A DNA stretch of 64,000 nucleotides, from NCBI GenBank assembly GCA_963796415.1, contig CAWCLR010000019.1, positions 84,928-148,927 of the forward strand, given 5' to 3'. The position numbers and the translations under genes were made by a program. Of the stretch, positions 9,523-17,961 are shown in pieces. Under the pieces are notes generated by a model. The model saw nothing but the letters and a program-made list of their open reading frames with translations. It was not told where the DNA came from and did no database searches. Every line of letters starts with the position of its first letter. Within the stretch, counting starts at the first letter, position 1. Origin of the DNA: an uncultured Acidimicrobiales bacterium. GTDB taxonomy: Bacteria > Actinomycetota > Acidimicrobiia > Acidimicrobiales > VFJN01.

Positions 9523-10953
9523 ATGGCCTGGTTCGGCAGCAGGAGCACGAGCGTCCGTCGTCGCGGACCGAGGGGCATGGCCGCGGTCGTCGCGCTCGCC
9601 GTCTCGATCGGTCTCGTCGCGGCCGGCGCGTCGCCGGCGGGGGCGTGGGAGGACGACACTGCCGACGACATGGCCGCTTGGAGCAGCGCGCTCCCGGGCT
9701 TCCTCTTCAGCGGGGGGAGCTACTCGGCGTTCGAGGCGCGCGAGCCCGACGTGGCGATCTACCCGAGCGGGATCAACGACGGCGGCCAGATCACGGGTGA
9801 ATACGTCCGCAGGGACGGCGAGTCCGGGTTCGTCCGCAGCCCCGACGGCCAGTTCACCACCTTCGACGTGACGGGCGCCCGGGCGACCGAGGCCTCCAAG
9901 ATCAACGACGGCGGCCAGATCGTCGGCCGATACAGCGAGGACACGCGGTTGGTCGACGACAGCTCCCGGGTGCGCGGCTTCGTGCGAGAGCCGAGCGGCA
10001 CGATCACCCAGATCGACTTCCCCGGCGCGCGGAGCACGCTGCCCACCGGCATCAACGACGGCGGCGACGTGGTCGGCTACTACGTCGACGACCTCGGGGA
10101 GACACACGGGTTCCTGTGGCGGGACCGCCAGTTCACCCCCCTCGACCTCGTCGGCGCCCGCTCCCCCACCCCGATGGACATCAACGACCGCGGCGAGATC
10201 GTCGGCATGTACCTCGACGACGCCGGCGTGGCCCACGGCTTCCTGCTGGCCGGGGACCGCTACACGATGATCTCCGGCCCCGGTTCCCCGGCCACCGTCC
10301 CCTCGGGCATCAACGACAGTGGCGAGGTCGTGGGCTACACGGCCGACGACCTCATGCAGGCCGGGGCGAATGGCTTCCGGGGCACGCCCGGGGCCATGGA
10401 CGAGTACGCCTCGGTCACCGTCCCCGGCGCGCCCCGCACACTGCCGTTGGGCATCAACGACAACGGCGACGTCGTCGGCCTCAACGAGAGTCCGGACGAG
10501 ACGGCCACCTGGCCGAACGCCGCCGAGGAGTGGATGGCCATGTCGGCCGGAGGGTCGGACGGGCTCGAGCTGGTGACGGTGCGGGGCATCACGGTCAACA
10601 CGGCGATCGCCGGCCAGGTCGACGCGCTGCTCGCCGCCGCCGAGGCCGACGGCTTCACGTTCACCGGAGGCGGCCACCGGTCGCCCGAGCGGCAGGTCGA
10701 GCTGCGCCGGCAGAACTGCGGGACCAGCTACTACGCCGTCTACGAGATGCCGTCGTCGCAGTGCTCGCCGCCCACCGCCCGTCCGGGCCGCTCGATGCAC
10801 GAACGTGGGCTGGCCATCGACTTCAACTGCCGCGGCGGGCTGGTCGACTCCCGCTCAGACCCGTGCTTCCAGTGGCTGAACGCCAACGCCAACCGGTTCG
10901 GCCTCTTCAACCTCCCGTCGGAGCCGTGGCACTGGTCCGTGAATGGGCAGTGA
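9523..10953 (+). CDS. Secreted HAF-repeat protein fused to a C-terminal M15 (VanY-like) D,D-carboxypeptidase domain
   Basis: Signal peptide (AVVALAVSIGLVAAGASPAGA). Six INDxGxxVG repeats, several with HGFL. C-terminal SMHERGLAIDF and EPWHW zinc motifs. SD GGGAGGGA lies upstream. Confidence 0.8.
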   Translation: MAWFGSRSTSVRRRGPRGMAAVVALAVSIGLVAAGASPAGAWEDDTADDMAAWSSALPGFLFSGGSYSAFEAREPDVAIYPSGINDGGQITGEYVRRDGESGFVRSPDGQFTTFDVTGARATEASKINDGGQIVGRYSEDTRLVDDSSRVRGFVREPSGTITQIDFPGARSTLPTGINDGGDVVGYYVDDLGETHGFLWRDRQFTPLDLVGARSPTPMDINDRGEIVGMYLDDAGVAHGFLLAGDRYTMISGPGSPATVPSGINDSGEVVGYTADDLMQAGANGFRGTPGAMDEYASVTVPGAPRTLPLGINDNGDVVGLNESPDETATWPNAAEEWMAMSAGGSDGLELVTVRGITVNTAIAGQVDALLAAAEADGFTFTGGGHRSPERQVELRRQNCGTSYYAVYEMPSSQCSPPTARPGRSMHERGLAIDFNCRGGLVDSRSDPCFQWLNANANRFGLFNLPSEPWHWSVNGQ

Positions 10954-10986
10954 GGGGTGTAGGGATTCCCTCGAAGTGAGAGCGTT

Positions 10987-11502
10987 TCACGGGCTGACGC
11001 TGAGCGCAGCGAGCGCTCGGCGGGCGGCGTCGACGGGCACGCCGTCAGCGACGGCCCGGAGAGCCGCCCGCCAAGCGGCGGCGAGCAGCCGCCCCACGGG
11101 GAGCTCACCCGCGTTGGAAACCCGGGCGAGCAGGGCCTCGATCGGGTCAGCGTCGGGCTCCAGGCCGGTCTCGGCCAGGAGGCCGGTGAAGCCCGCAGCG
11201 ACGCAGTAGTCGAAGGCCACCAACAGCGCCGCCCGGGTTGCTTCGGCCGGACTGTCGCCGGCGAGGGCGGCCGCCGCCCCCTCCATGCGGTCGATGACCC
11301 GTTGCCGGGCCTCGGCCATGACGACCCGGTGGAGGCCGGCCTTGTTGCCGAAGTGGTGGTAGAGCACCCCGGTGGTCACCCCGGCGGCCCGGGCCAGCTC
11401 GACCACGTTGACCCCGTCGTAGCCGCGCCGGCCGAACTCCTCCAGCGCGGTCAGAGCCAGCCGGCCCTTGGCTGAGCTGGGGCGGGCGATCCACTCGGGC
11501 AT
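10987..11502 (-). CDS. TetR-family transcriptional regulator
   Basis: N-terminal HTH (ALEEFGRRGYDGVNVVELARAAGVTTGVLYHHFGNK); 171 aa. Confidence 0.9.
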   Translation of the reverse strand: MPEWIARPSSAKGRLALTALEEFGRRGYDGVNVVELARAAGVTTGVLYHHFGNKAGLHRVVMAEARQRVIDRMEGAAAALAGDSPAEATRAALLVAFDYCVAAGFTGLLAETGLEPDADPIEALLARVSNAGELPVGRLLAAAWRAALRAVADGVPVDAARRALAALSVSP

Positions 11503-11531
11503 CGCTCCTAGCGTAACCCGTTGACCGAAAT

Positions 11532-11548
11532 CCGTAACTCGTTTACGG
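11532..11548. promoter_or_regulatory. Candidate TetR operator palindrome CCGTAA-N5-TTACGG
   Basis: Inverted repeat in the 53-bp divergent spacer between the TetR gene and the VOC gene. Confidence 0.4.
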
Positions 11549-11555
11549 TCGGGCC

Positions 11556-11909
11556 ATGGACCTTGCCATGAAGTTCGACATGCTGTACCTCCCGGTGCCC
11601 GACCTGGCCAAGGCCCTGGCCTTCTACCGCGACGGCCTGGGCTGGACCGAGGCCTGGCGCGAGGGCGAGACCACCGCGGGTCTCCAGCTCCCGGGCGCCG
11701 AGGCCCTGGTGATGCTGGACCTCGACCAGGGACTGGGCCACCGGCCGGGGCCTGTCTTCGCCGTCGATGACGTGGTCGCGTTTCACCGAGAGCGCAAGGA
11801 CGAGCTGTCCTTCTGGCTGGAGCCGGAGGAGATCCCCGGCGGCCACTGGGCCGGTTTCGAGGACAGCTTCGGCAACCCGATCTACATCGTCGACCAGAGC
11901 GACGCCTGA
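11556..11909 (+). CDS. Glyoxalase/VOC-family protein
   Basis: 117 aa. Contains LYLPVPDLAKALAFYRDGLGW and a C-terminal GNPIYIVD pattern typical of VOC folds. Confidence 0.75.
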   Translation: MDLAMKFDMLYLPVPDLAKALAFYRDGLGWTEAWREGETTAGLQLPGAEALVMLDLDQGLGHRPGPVFAVDDVVAFHRERKDELSFWLEPEEIPGGHWAGFEDSFGNPIYIVDQSDA

Positions 11910-12015
11910 CGGGCGCGAGGAGCTATCCGGAAATGTGTCCTGCTCGCCGTTCTGGATGGCGCGCGACCAAGTAGGGCGCGCCGTTGCTCACCTTCACCGC
12001 GTCCCTACAAGGGGC

Positions 12016-15000
12016 TCAGTCGATCTTCGCCATGTTGGCGAACCGGGTGAACTGCTCGAGGAATGCCAGGCGACACACGCCGGTGGGGCCGTTGCGGTGC
12101 TTGGCCACGATGATCTCGGCCTGGCCCCGATCGGCCGAGTCGGAGTGGTACACGTCGTCGCGGTAGATGAACATCACGACGTCAGCGTCCTGCTCGATCG
12201 AGTTCTCGAGCACGATCCCATTGGCCACGAAGTTGTGGGTCGACTCGACCGTGGCGTCGTAGACCTGTTCCTCGCCCCGCTGCCCGATCGCGACAACGCG
12301 ATCCCAGAACACGTCCGATGTCGCCACCGCCCGCAGCCCGTCGTCGGCGAGGATGTCCGCGACGCGTTGCAGGCGCTCGCGGCTCGGAGCGTGGCGGTAG
12401 ACGCTAGATCCGCAGTAGGCGGTGCCGAGCTCGGCCTGGAAGCGGCGCGTCGTCATCGCCGAATCGGCCAGCGCGCTGCGCACGCGGGTCCACACCTCGA
12501 CCGGCACGGTGTCGACGTTCGTGTTGGGCCGGACCGCCGCGAGCCGGGCCCGAAGCTCCTCTGCACCAGACCGCCGCTGGCCGACCACGTCGACCCGGGC
12601 GACGAACGCCAACTGATCGGCCCGCCCGTCGACGCACAATTGGTAGCCGGGTCGGTCCGGTGATCCCGAGACCTTGCGCAGGGTGGAACGAATGCCGAGG
12701 CGGAGCAACAGCAGCTGCACATCGTCGACCAACTGCCGGCTGGTGGAGGCGTAGTAGATACGACCCTGGCCCCACCACCCGACACAGCCGTCGGTCGCCC
12801 ACAGGTGACCGAGGAACAGGGCGACCTGGTCGTCGTCGAGCCCGAACACCGGGTCGGGCACGAACTTCTCGTGGCTGCGCTTGCCGTAGAGCCCCCACCG
12901 GTCGAGCCATGTGGCGATGGGGTTGCGGCGTCCGCGAGCCAGCTTCTGAGGCGCCGGCAGGTAGACGTGCGACCACGTCGCCTGCGGGACCCGGCGCGGC
13001 GTGATCCCGAAGTGGGCGGCCGCGTGCTCGACCGCGTCGAGGCACGCCGGATCCGCGCTCGTGTAGTGGATGGGCTGGCGGGGGGCCACGCAGCCGTCGC
13101 CCAGGAGGTGGGCGAGCATGACGATCTCGGCCTCGGGCCAGACCTGTGTCTCCTTCGGCCCCGGGATCACCCGGGGAACGGCGATGCGGCTGCCGACGGC
13201 GAGCTCGTCGAGTCGCACCCACCCGTCGACGGTGAGGAACGGGTGGTTGGCGCTGGCCGTCACCTGCCGGCCTGACGCGAGCCGGAGCTCGAACACCTCC
13301 TTCACCCCGGTCGGAAAGGCATGGGTCATCGTGGCGGGCACCATGCGCAGGTCGGTGTCGAGCGACCACACCGGGATGTCGCGCTCGCCGCTGGCGGCCA
13401 GCTCACCGATGGTGACCTCCGCTCCCGTGTCCGCCCGGAGGACCCGGGAATCGCCGGTGAGGCAACCCGATTCGCGTAGGTCGGCCAGCATCGGGCGCTT
13501 GTCGGCGCGGAGCTCGAGCTGGCGGCTGAGCTGGGACAGAGCGACCACGGGGGTCTCGAGCTCGCGGGCGAGGATCTTGAGCCCGCGGCTCATCTCGGAC
13601 ACCTCGACCTGGCGGTTCTCGGCTCTGCCCCGGCCCGTCATCAGCTGGAGATAGTCGACCACCACCATGCCGAGGTCGCCGACCTGGCTCTTGAGCCGGC
13701 GCGCCTTCGAGCGGATCTCCATGACCGTGAGGTTGGGGTTGTCGTCGATCCAGATCGGGGCCGCGGCGAGCCGCCCGATGGCCTGGCTGATGCGGCTCCA
13801 GTCGTCCTCGCTGAGCTGACCCGTGCGCACCCGCTTGGAGTCGATGCGGGCCTCGGCCGACAGGAGGCGCTGCGACAGCTCGAGGCTGCCCATCTCGAGG
13901 CTGAACACCAGCACCGGCTTGCTGGCGTGGAGGGCGGCGTGCGACGCCATGCCGAGGGCGAACGACGTGTTGTGCACGAACACGTCGGCGGCCACGAAGT
14001 TGTGCGTGCCCGGCACCGTGAGGTCGTACACCTGCACGTCGCCGTCGTCGTCGATGGCGACGATCTCGTCCCACAGCACGGCGCCGTCTCGGATCGGCGG
14101 ACCCGCGGCCGGACGATCGAGGAGGTCGACCCCGTCGCCCGCCGACCCTGACCCGGGGCCTGGGCCGGCGCCCGCCGCCGCCGGGACGCGGGCGGCATCA
14201 TGCGCGGCGTCGACGACCGCCCGGGCATGGGCCACGATCGCCCCCAGCTCGGCCTCGCGGCCCAGCACGCCGATCTCGGACGCCAGCGCCGACAGATCCT
14301 CGGCCCCCGTCACCACCAGCTCGTCCTCGGTCCACGTTGCCTGCTCGACGGCCACGACCGTGCGCTCGACCGTCACGCCCACGCCGAAGCGCAGCAGGAG
14401 GTGCCGCAGGTCCTGCGCCAGCCTCGGGCTGCGGGACGCCACCACCAGCCGGCCGGGAACACCCTGCTGGGGCCGCCACACCGTCGCCGCCGCACCCAGC
14501 GCCCGGTTGAGGAACCGCGCCAGTTGCTCGCGTGGCAGCCGGAACACGGCCTTCGGGACCCGCCGGGCCTCGGGGTCTGCGGCCACGCCGTGGCGGCGCG
14601 CCAGCGCGTGGAGCGGCTCGCCGGAGATGACGTCCCACGTGCGGCCACCACCCGGCAGGGTGCGGTCGACGACCTCGACGCCGAACGCCCCGCCCCGATA
14701 CTCGATGTCGGTGGCCACCTCGCGGTTCTCGGTCCACAGCTTGGGGCCGTGCTCGTCGCCGCCGGGGGCCGTGACCAGGTGGGCGAGCATGACCAGCTCA
14801 TCGGGGGGTAGCGGGGCGGCGCCGAACACCGGGACGGCCGCCGCCACCCCGACGACCCGACCCGGCGCCAGGTCGGCCAGCGGCACCCACCCGCCGCGAG
14901 TGAGGAACGGGTGGCTGGCCGTGGTTCGGACCTCGCGGCCGCTGCGAGTACGCACCCGGTACACCCGCTTGATGCCGTCGTCGACGAACGCGCTGGGCAC

Positions 15001-15807
15001 GGCGACGTCGACGCGCCGCTCGTCGGTGAGGGTGAGCACCGAGACCGCGTCGCCCGCGGCGCCGGCGCGGTACACCTCGGCGGCCGTGCGCACGTCGCCC
15101 GTCGCCGGGTCGACGATCGGCGTGTCGAACGCCACGCACTTCCCCATCGCCGGCCGGGCGCCGACCACCACGAGGTTGCTCGGCTGCAGGCCCGAGAGCA
15201 GGTCGTCGAGGTCGACGTAGCCCGTCGGCACACCGGTGACGGCGTCGCCGCGGCCGTACAGCTGCTCGAGCCGGTCGAGGTTGAGGCCCAGCAGGTCCTC
15301 GATCTTGGACGTGGTATCGGTGACCCGACGCTGGTTGACGTCGTAGACCATCGCCTCGGCCCGATCGAGGGCCTTGGTCACGTCCTCGGGCATGCCGTAG
15401 CCGATCTCGGCGATCTCGCCGGCTACCCCGATGAGCCGACGCAACAGGGCGAACTCTTCGATGATGCGGGCGTAGCCCCCGGCACTGGTGGTGGCCGGGG
15501 TGGACGCCATGATGTCGAGCAGCACCTGGACGCCGCCGACGGTCTCGAGCAGCCCGTTGCGCCGAAGCTCGTCGGCCACCGTGACCGCATCGACCGGCTG
15601 CCCCGTCGCGTACAGGGCGTGGATGGCATCGAAGATGTGCGAGTGCGCCGGCTTGTAGAAGTCGTCGGCGCGGAGGACGCCCGCGGCCGAGGCGATCGCC
15701 TCGGGCTCGAGCATCATCGCCCCGAGCAGCGACTCCTCGGCGTGCAGGTCGTGCGGGGGAACGCGCCTGCCGCCAGCAGACCCCCGTGGGGAGAGCTCCT
15801 CAGCCAT
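12016..15807 (-). CDS. dnaB: Replicative DNA helicase DnaB interrupted by two inteins (1263 aa precursor, 452 aa spliced)
   Basis: Extein segments are 223, 168 and 61 aa. Walker A GARPAMGK|C...HN|TSF is split by intein 1. RESG|C...EN|SIEQDAD is split by intein 2. A single uninterrupted ORF. Confidence 0.95.
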   Translation of the reverse strand: MAEELSPRGSAGGRRVPPHDLHAEESLLGAMMLEPEAIASAAGVLRADDFYKPAHSHIFDAIHALYATGQPVDAVTVADELRRNGLLETVGGVQVLLDIMASTPATTSAGGYARIIEEFALLRRLIGVAGEIAEIGYGMPEDVTKALDRAEAMVYDVNQRRVTDTTSKIEDLLGLNLDRLEQLYGRGDAVTGVPTGYVDLDDLLSGLQPSNLVVVGARPAMGKCVAFDTPIVDPATGDVRTAAEVYRAGAAGDAVSVLTLTDERRVDVAVPSAFVDDGIKRVYRVRTRSGREVRTTASHPFLTRGGWVPLADLAPGRVVGVAAAVPVFGAAPLPPDELVMLAHLVTAPGGDEHGPKLWTENREVATDIEYRGGAFGVEVVDRTLPGGGRTWDVISGEPLHALARRHGVAADPEARRVPKAVFRLPREQLARFLNRALGAAATVWRPQQGVPGRLVVASRSPRLAQDLRHLLLRFGVGVTVERTVVAVEQATWTEDELVVTGAEDLSALASEIGVLGREAELGAIVAHARAVVDAAHDAARVPAAAGAGPGPGSGSAGDGVDLLDRPAAGPPIRDGAVLWDEIVAIDDDGDVQVYDLTVPGTHNFVAADVFVHNTSFALGMASHAALHASKPVLVFSLEMGSLELSQRLLSAEARIDSKRVRTGQLSEDDWSRISQAIGRLAAAPIWIDDNPNLTVMEIRSKARRLKSQVGDLGMVVVDYLQLMTGRGRAENRQVEVSEMSRGLKILARELETPVVALSQLSRQLELRADKRPMLADLRESGCLTGDSRVLRADTGAEVTIGELAASGERDIPVWSLDTDLRMVPATMTHAFPTGVKEVFELRLASGRQVTASANHPFLTVDGWVRLDELAVGSRIAVPRVIPGPKETQVWPEAEIVMLAHLLGDGCVAPRQPIHYTSADPACLDAVEHAAAHFGITPRRVPQATWSHVYLPAPQKLARGRRNPIATWLDRWGLYGKRSHEKFVPDPVFGLDDDQVALFLGHLWATDGCVGWWGQGRIYYASTSRQLVDDVQLLLLRLGIRSTLRKVSGSPDRPGYQLCVDGRADQLAFVARVDVVGQRRSGAEELRARLAAVRPNTNVDTVPVEVWTRVRSALADSAMTTRRFQAELGTAYCGSSVYRHAPSRERLQRVADILADDGLRAVATSDVFWDRVVAIGQRGEEQVYDATVESTHNFVANGIVLENSIEQDADVVMFIYRDDVYHSDSADRGQAEIIVAKHRNGPTGVCRLAFLEQFTRFANMAKID
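12202..13464 (-). mobile_element. DnaB intein 2 (421 aa) at the RESG/SIEQD site with LAGLIDADG homing endonuclease domain
   Basis: Cys1 codon at 13462-13464. Contains LAHLLGDGC and FLGHLWATDGC motifs. C-terminal ...GIVLEN, then Ser+1 (Asn codon 12202-12204). Confidence 0.9.
13969..15138 (-). mobile_element. DnaB intein 1 (390 aa) inserted in the P-loop; endonuclease motifs degenerate
   Basis: Cys1 codon at 15136-15138. Has block B TASHPF, a C-terminal VHN, then Thr+1 (Asn codon 13969-13971). The LAGLIDADG-equivalent positions read LAHLVTAPGG and FLNRALGAAATV. Confidence 0.9.
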
Positions 15808-15869
15808 GTGCCGTTCACCTTCTCAGCGCAGGCCTGTGGGGAGGAAGGGGAACAACCCGGGGGACGAGC

Positions 15870-15993
15870 TGTGGATGAACGAGCGAGCCTGGGGATACCG
15901 AGCCCCCGCCGTCACGGTTTGTGCGCTCTCTGCACACATCTGCTCACCCAGCGCCCGATTGCCGTTGCCAAACTGTGGACACCGTGTGGACTG
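15870..15993. promoter_or_regulatory. Cluster of three DnaA-box-like 9-mers upstream of dnaB
   Basis: TGTGGATGA (15870-15878), TGTGGACAC (15974-15982) and TGTGGACTG (15985-15993), all in the rplI-dnaB spacer. Confidence 0.4.
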
Positions 15994-16032
15994 CCGGGCG
16001 GGGCGAGAGCCCGCCGTCGCCCGGCAGCTCGT

Positions 16033-16479
16033 TCACTCGGCGACCACCTCGACGGTGACGGGGAATTCGACGTCCGCGTGCAGCTTGGCCGGAACGACGT
16101 GCGTCCCGAGCGACTTGATGGGCTCGGGCAGCACCAGCTTGCGGCGGTCGATCTGCGCGTTGGTCTGCGCCTCGATGGCGGCGGAGATGTCGGCCGCGGT
16201 GACCGAGCCGAACAGCCGGCCCTCGCTGCCCGCCCGGGCGGTGACGGTGATCACCTTGGGCACGAGCGTGGTCGCCAGCGTCTCGGCCGCCGAGCGGTCT
16301 TGCGCATCCCGCAGGTCGCGGGCCCGGCGCATGCTGGCCGCCTGCGACGTGGCGCCGGCGGTGGCCTTCATGGCGAGGCCCTTGGGGACGAGGTAGTTGC
16401 GGGCGAACCCGTCGGCCACGTCAAGGATGTCGCCGCGCTTGCCCAACTCGGGCACGTCGGAGCGGAGGATGACCTGCAT
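16033..16479 (-). CDS. rplI: 50S ribosomal protein L9
   Basis: Starts MQVILRSDVPELGKRGDILDVADGFARNYLVPKGLA; 148 aa. ATGA overlap with the rpsR stop. Confidence 0.95.
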   Translation of the reverse strand: MQVILRSDVPELGKRGDILDVADGFARNYLVPKGLAMKATAGATSQAASMRRARDLRDAQDRSAAETLATTLVPKVITVTARAGSEGRLFGSVTAADISAAIEAQTNAQIDRRKLVLPEPIKSLGTHVVPAKLHADVEFPVTVEVVAE

Positions 16480-16958
16480 CAGGCCTCGCCGCCCTCGTCA
16501 GAAACCGGGGCCACGGCCTCGGGGGCGGCAACCTCGGGGACGGCAACCGCGGGGGCGGCACCGTCGCCACGCGGGGCGCGGTCCTCGCGGGGCCCGCGCT
16601 CGCCGCGGGGACCGCGATCGCCCCGGTCACCGCGGTCACCTCGATCGCCTCGATCGCCCCGATCGCCTCGGTCGCCCCGGTCGCCGCGTCCGCCACGCTG
16701 CTGCGTGATGCGGGTGACGTACGGCAGCAGCGCCATCTCGCGGGCGTTCTTGATCGCCTTGGCCACGTCGGCCTGCTGCTGGGCGTTGTTGCCCGTGACC
16801 CGGCGGGCCCGGACCTTGGAGCGGTCGGACATGAACCGGCGCAGCAGGTTCACGTCCTTCCAGTCGACGTACTCGACACTTTCGGTGATGAGGATGCTCG
16901 TCTTCTTCTTGGCCCTGCGCGCGTTGTCTTTGTTCTTGGAACGGGACTTGGGGGGCAT
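16479..16958 (-). CDS. rpsR: 30S ribosomal protein S18 with ~70-aa C-terminal low-complexity (GDR)7 extension
   Basis: S18 core runs MPPKSRSK...LLRRFMSDRSKVRARRVTGN...REMALLPY. It is followed by RGGRGDRGDRGDRGDRGDRGDRGDRGPRGERGP... The start ATG at 16958 overlaps the ssb stop. Confidence 0.9.
   Translation of the reverse strand: MPPKSRSKNKDNARRAKKKTSILITESVEYVDWKDVNLLRRFMSDRSKVRARRVTGNNAQQQADVAKAIKNAREMALLPYVTRITQQRGGRGDRGDRGDRGDRGDRGDRGDRGDRGPRGERGPREDRAPRGDGAAPAVAVPEVAAPEAVAPVSDEGGEA
16616..16687. repeat. Eight imperfect 9-bp tandem units encoding the GDR repeats of S18
   Basis: Units are gatcgcccc/ggtcaccgc/ggtcacctc/gatcgcctc/gatcgcccc/gatcgcctc/ggtcgcccc/ggtcgccgc. Confidence 0.9.
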
Positions 16959-17428
16959 CAGAAGGGCTCCTCGGAGGGGTCGGTGTTGGCGGGGGGCTCG
17001 TTGCTGACGGCGCGGCTGCTGCCGCCACCGCCGCCGCCGCCGCTCCACCCACCGCCGTCGCCGCCCTCGCGGCGATCGTTCTTGCTGATCTCGGCAGTGG
17101 CCCACCGCAGGCTGGGGCCGACCTCGTCGGCCACGATCTCGACGACGGAGCGGCGCTCGCCGTCTTGCGTCTCCCACGAGCGCTGCTCGAGGCGGCCGGT
17201 CACGACGACGCGTGCCCCCTTCTCGAGCGACTCGCTGACGTTCTGGGCCAGGTCACGCCAGCACGTGACGTTGAAGAAGGACGTGCTCTCTTCCCACTGC
17301 TGGTTGTCGCGGTTCTGCCAGCGACGGTTGACCGCCACCCCGAAGGTGGTGACGGGGGCGCCGGCGGGTGTGAAGCGGAGCTCGGGGTCGCGGGTCAGGT
17401 TCCCGACGACGGTGACGTTCGACGACAT
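16958..17428 (-). CDS. ssb: Single-stranded DNA-binding protein
   Basis: OB-fold N-terminus (VTVVGNLTRDPELRFTPAG), a Gly-rich linker and an acidic tail ending DPSEEPF. Confidence 0.95.
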   Translation of the reverse strand: MSSNVTVVGNLTRDPELRFTPAGAPVTTFGVAVNRRWQNRDNQQWEESTSFFNVTCWRDLAQNVSESLEKGARVVVTGRLEQRSWETQDGERRSVVEIVADEVGPSLRWATAEISKNDRREGGDGGGWSGGGGGGGSSRAVSNEPPANTDPSEEPF

Positions 17429-17437
17429 GGCTGCCTC

Positions 17438-17779
17438 CTACTTGGCAGCCTGCTCGACCAGACCGCGCCGAGCGGCCTCGTGGTCGGGCAGGCGCACGAC
17501 CTTGTGGCGGACCGTCTCGTCCGCGAGTCGCAGCGCCCGCTCGAGCGTGTCGAGGTCGCTGCCCCCCACGAACTCGAAGAGCACGTAGTAGCCCTCGAGC
17601 TTGTGGTTGATCTCGTAGGCGAAGCGCCGGCGGCCCCAGCGGTCTTCGCTCTTCACGGTGGCGCCACGCTGATCGAGCAGATCGGCGATGCGCTTGATCG
17701 TGGCGTCGATCACCTCGTCGTCGAGCTCGGCGTCGATGATGACCATCAGTTCGTACGCTCGCGGTGCGAGCATCGGCAA
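17438..17779 (-). CDS. rpsF: 30S ribosomal protein S6
   Basis: Contains YELMVIIDAELDDE...WGRRRFAYEINHKLEGYYVLF; 113 aa. Confidence 0.95.
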   Translation of the reverse strand: MPMLAPRAYELMVIIDAELDDEVIDATIKRIADLLDQRGATVKSEDRWGRRRFAYEINHKLEGYYVLFEFVGGSDLDTLERALRLADETVRHKVVRLPDHEAARRGLVEQAAK

Positions 17780-17961
17780 CTCCCTTCGGACCCGGCAGCG
17801 CCGGGGCCCCGCAGGCGCGGAGCAGGGCGGATGTGGACCTGGAGACTGTACCGGGCGGCGCGGCGGTTGCTCACATCGGCATCATCGCCGTGGGGTGTGA
17901 CATTTTCGCAGCGTCTCGGATGACGTGACCGCCGGGCGCGTCGCGACGACCTAGGACGGAC

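Noticed and set aside
16500-16700. Short tandem repeats that might be mistaken for a CRISPR or minisatellite, and the (SPR)n plus-strand ORF 14911..17007
   Set aside because: The units are 9 bp, contiguous and lack spacers. They lie in frame within rpsR and encode the GDR repeats. The SPR reading is the mirror frame of the same repeat.
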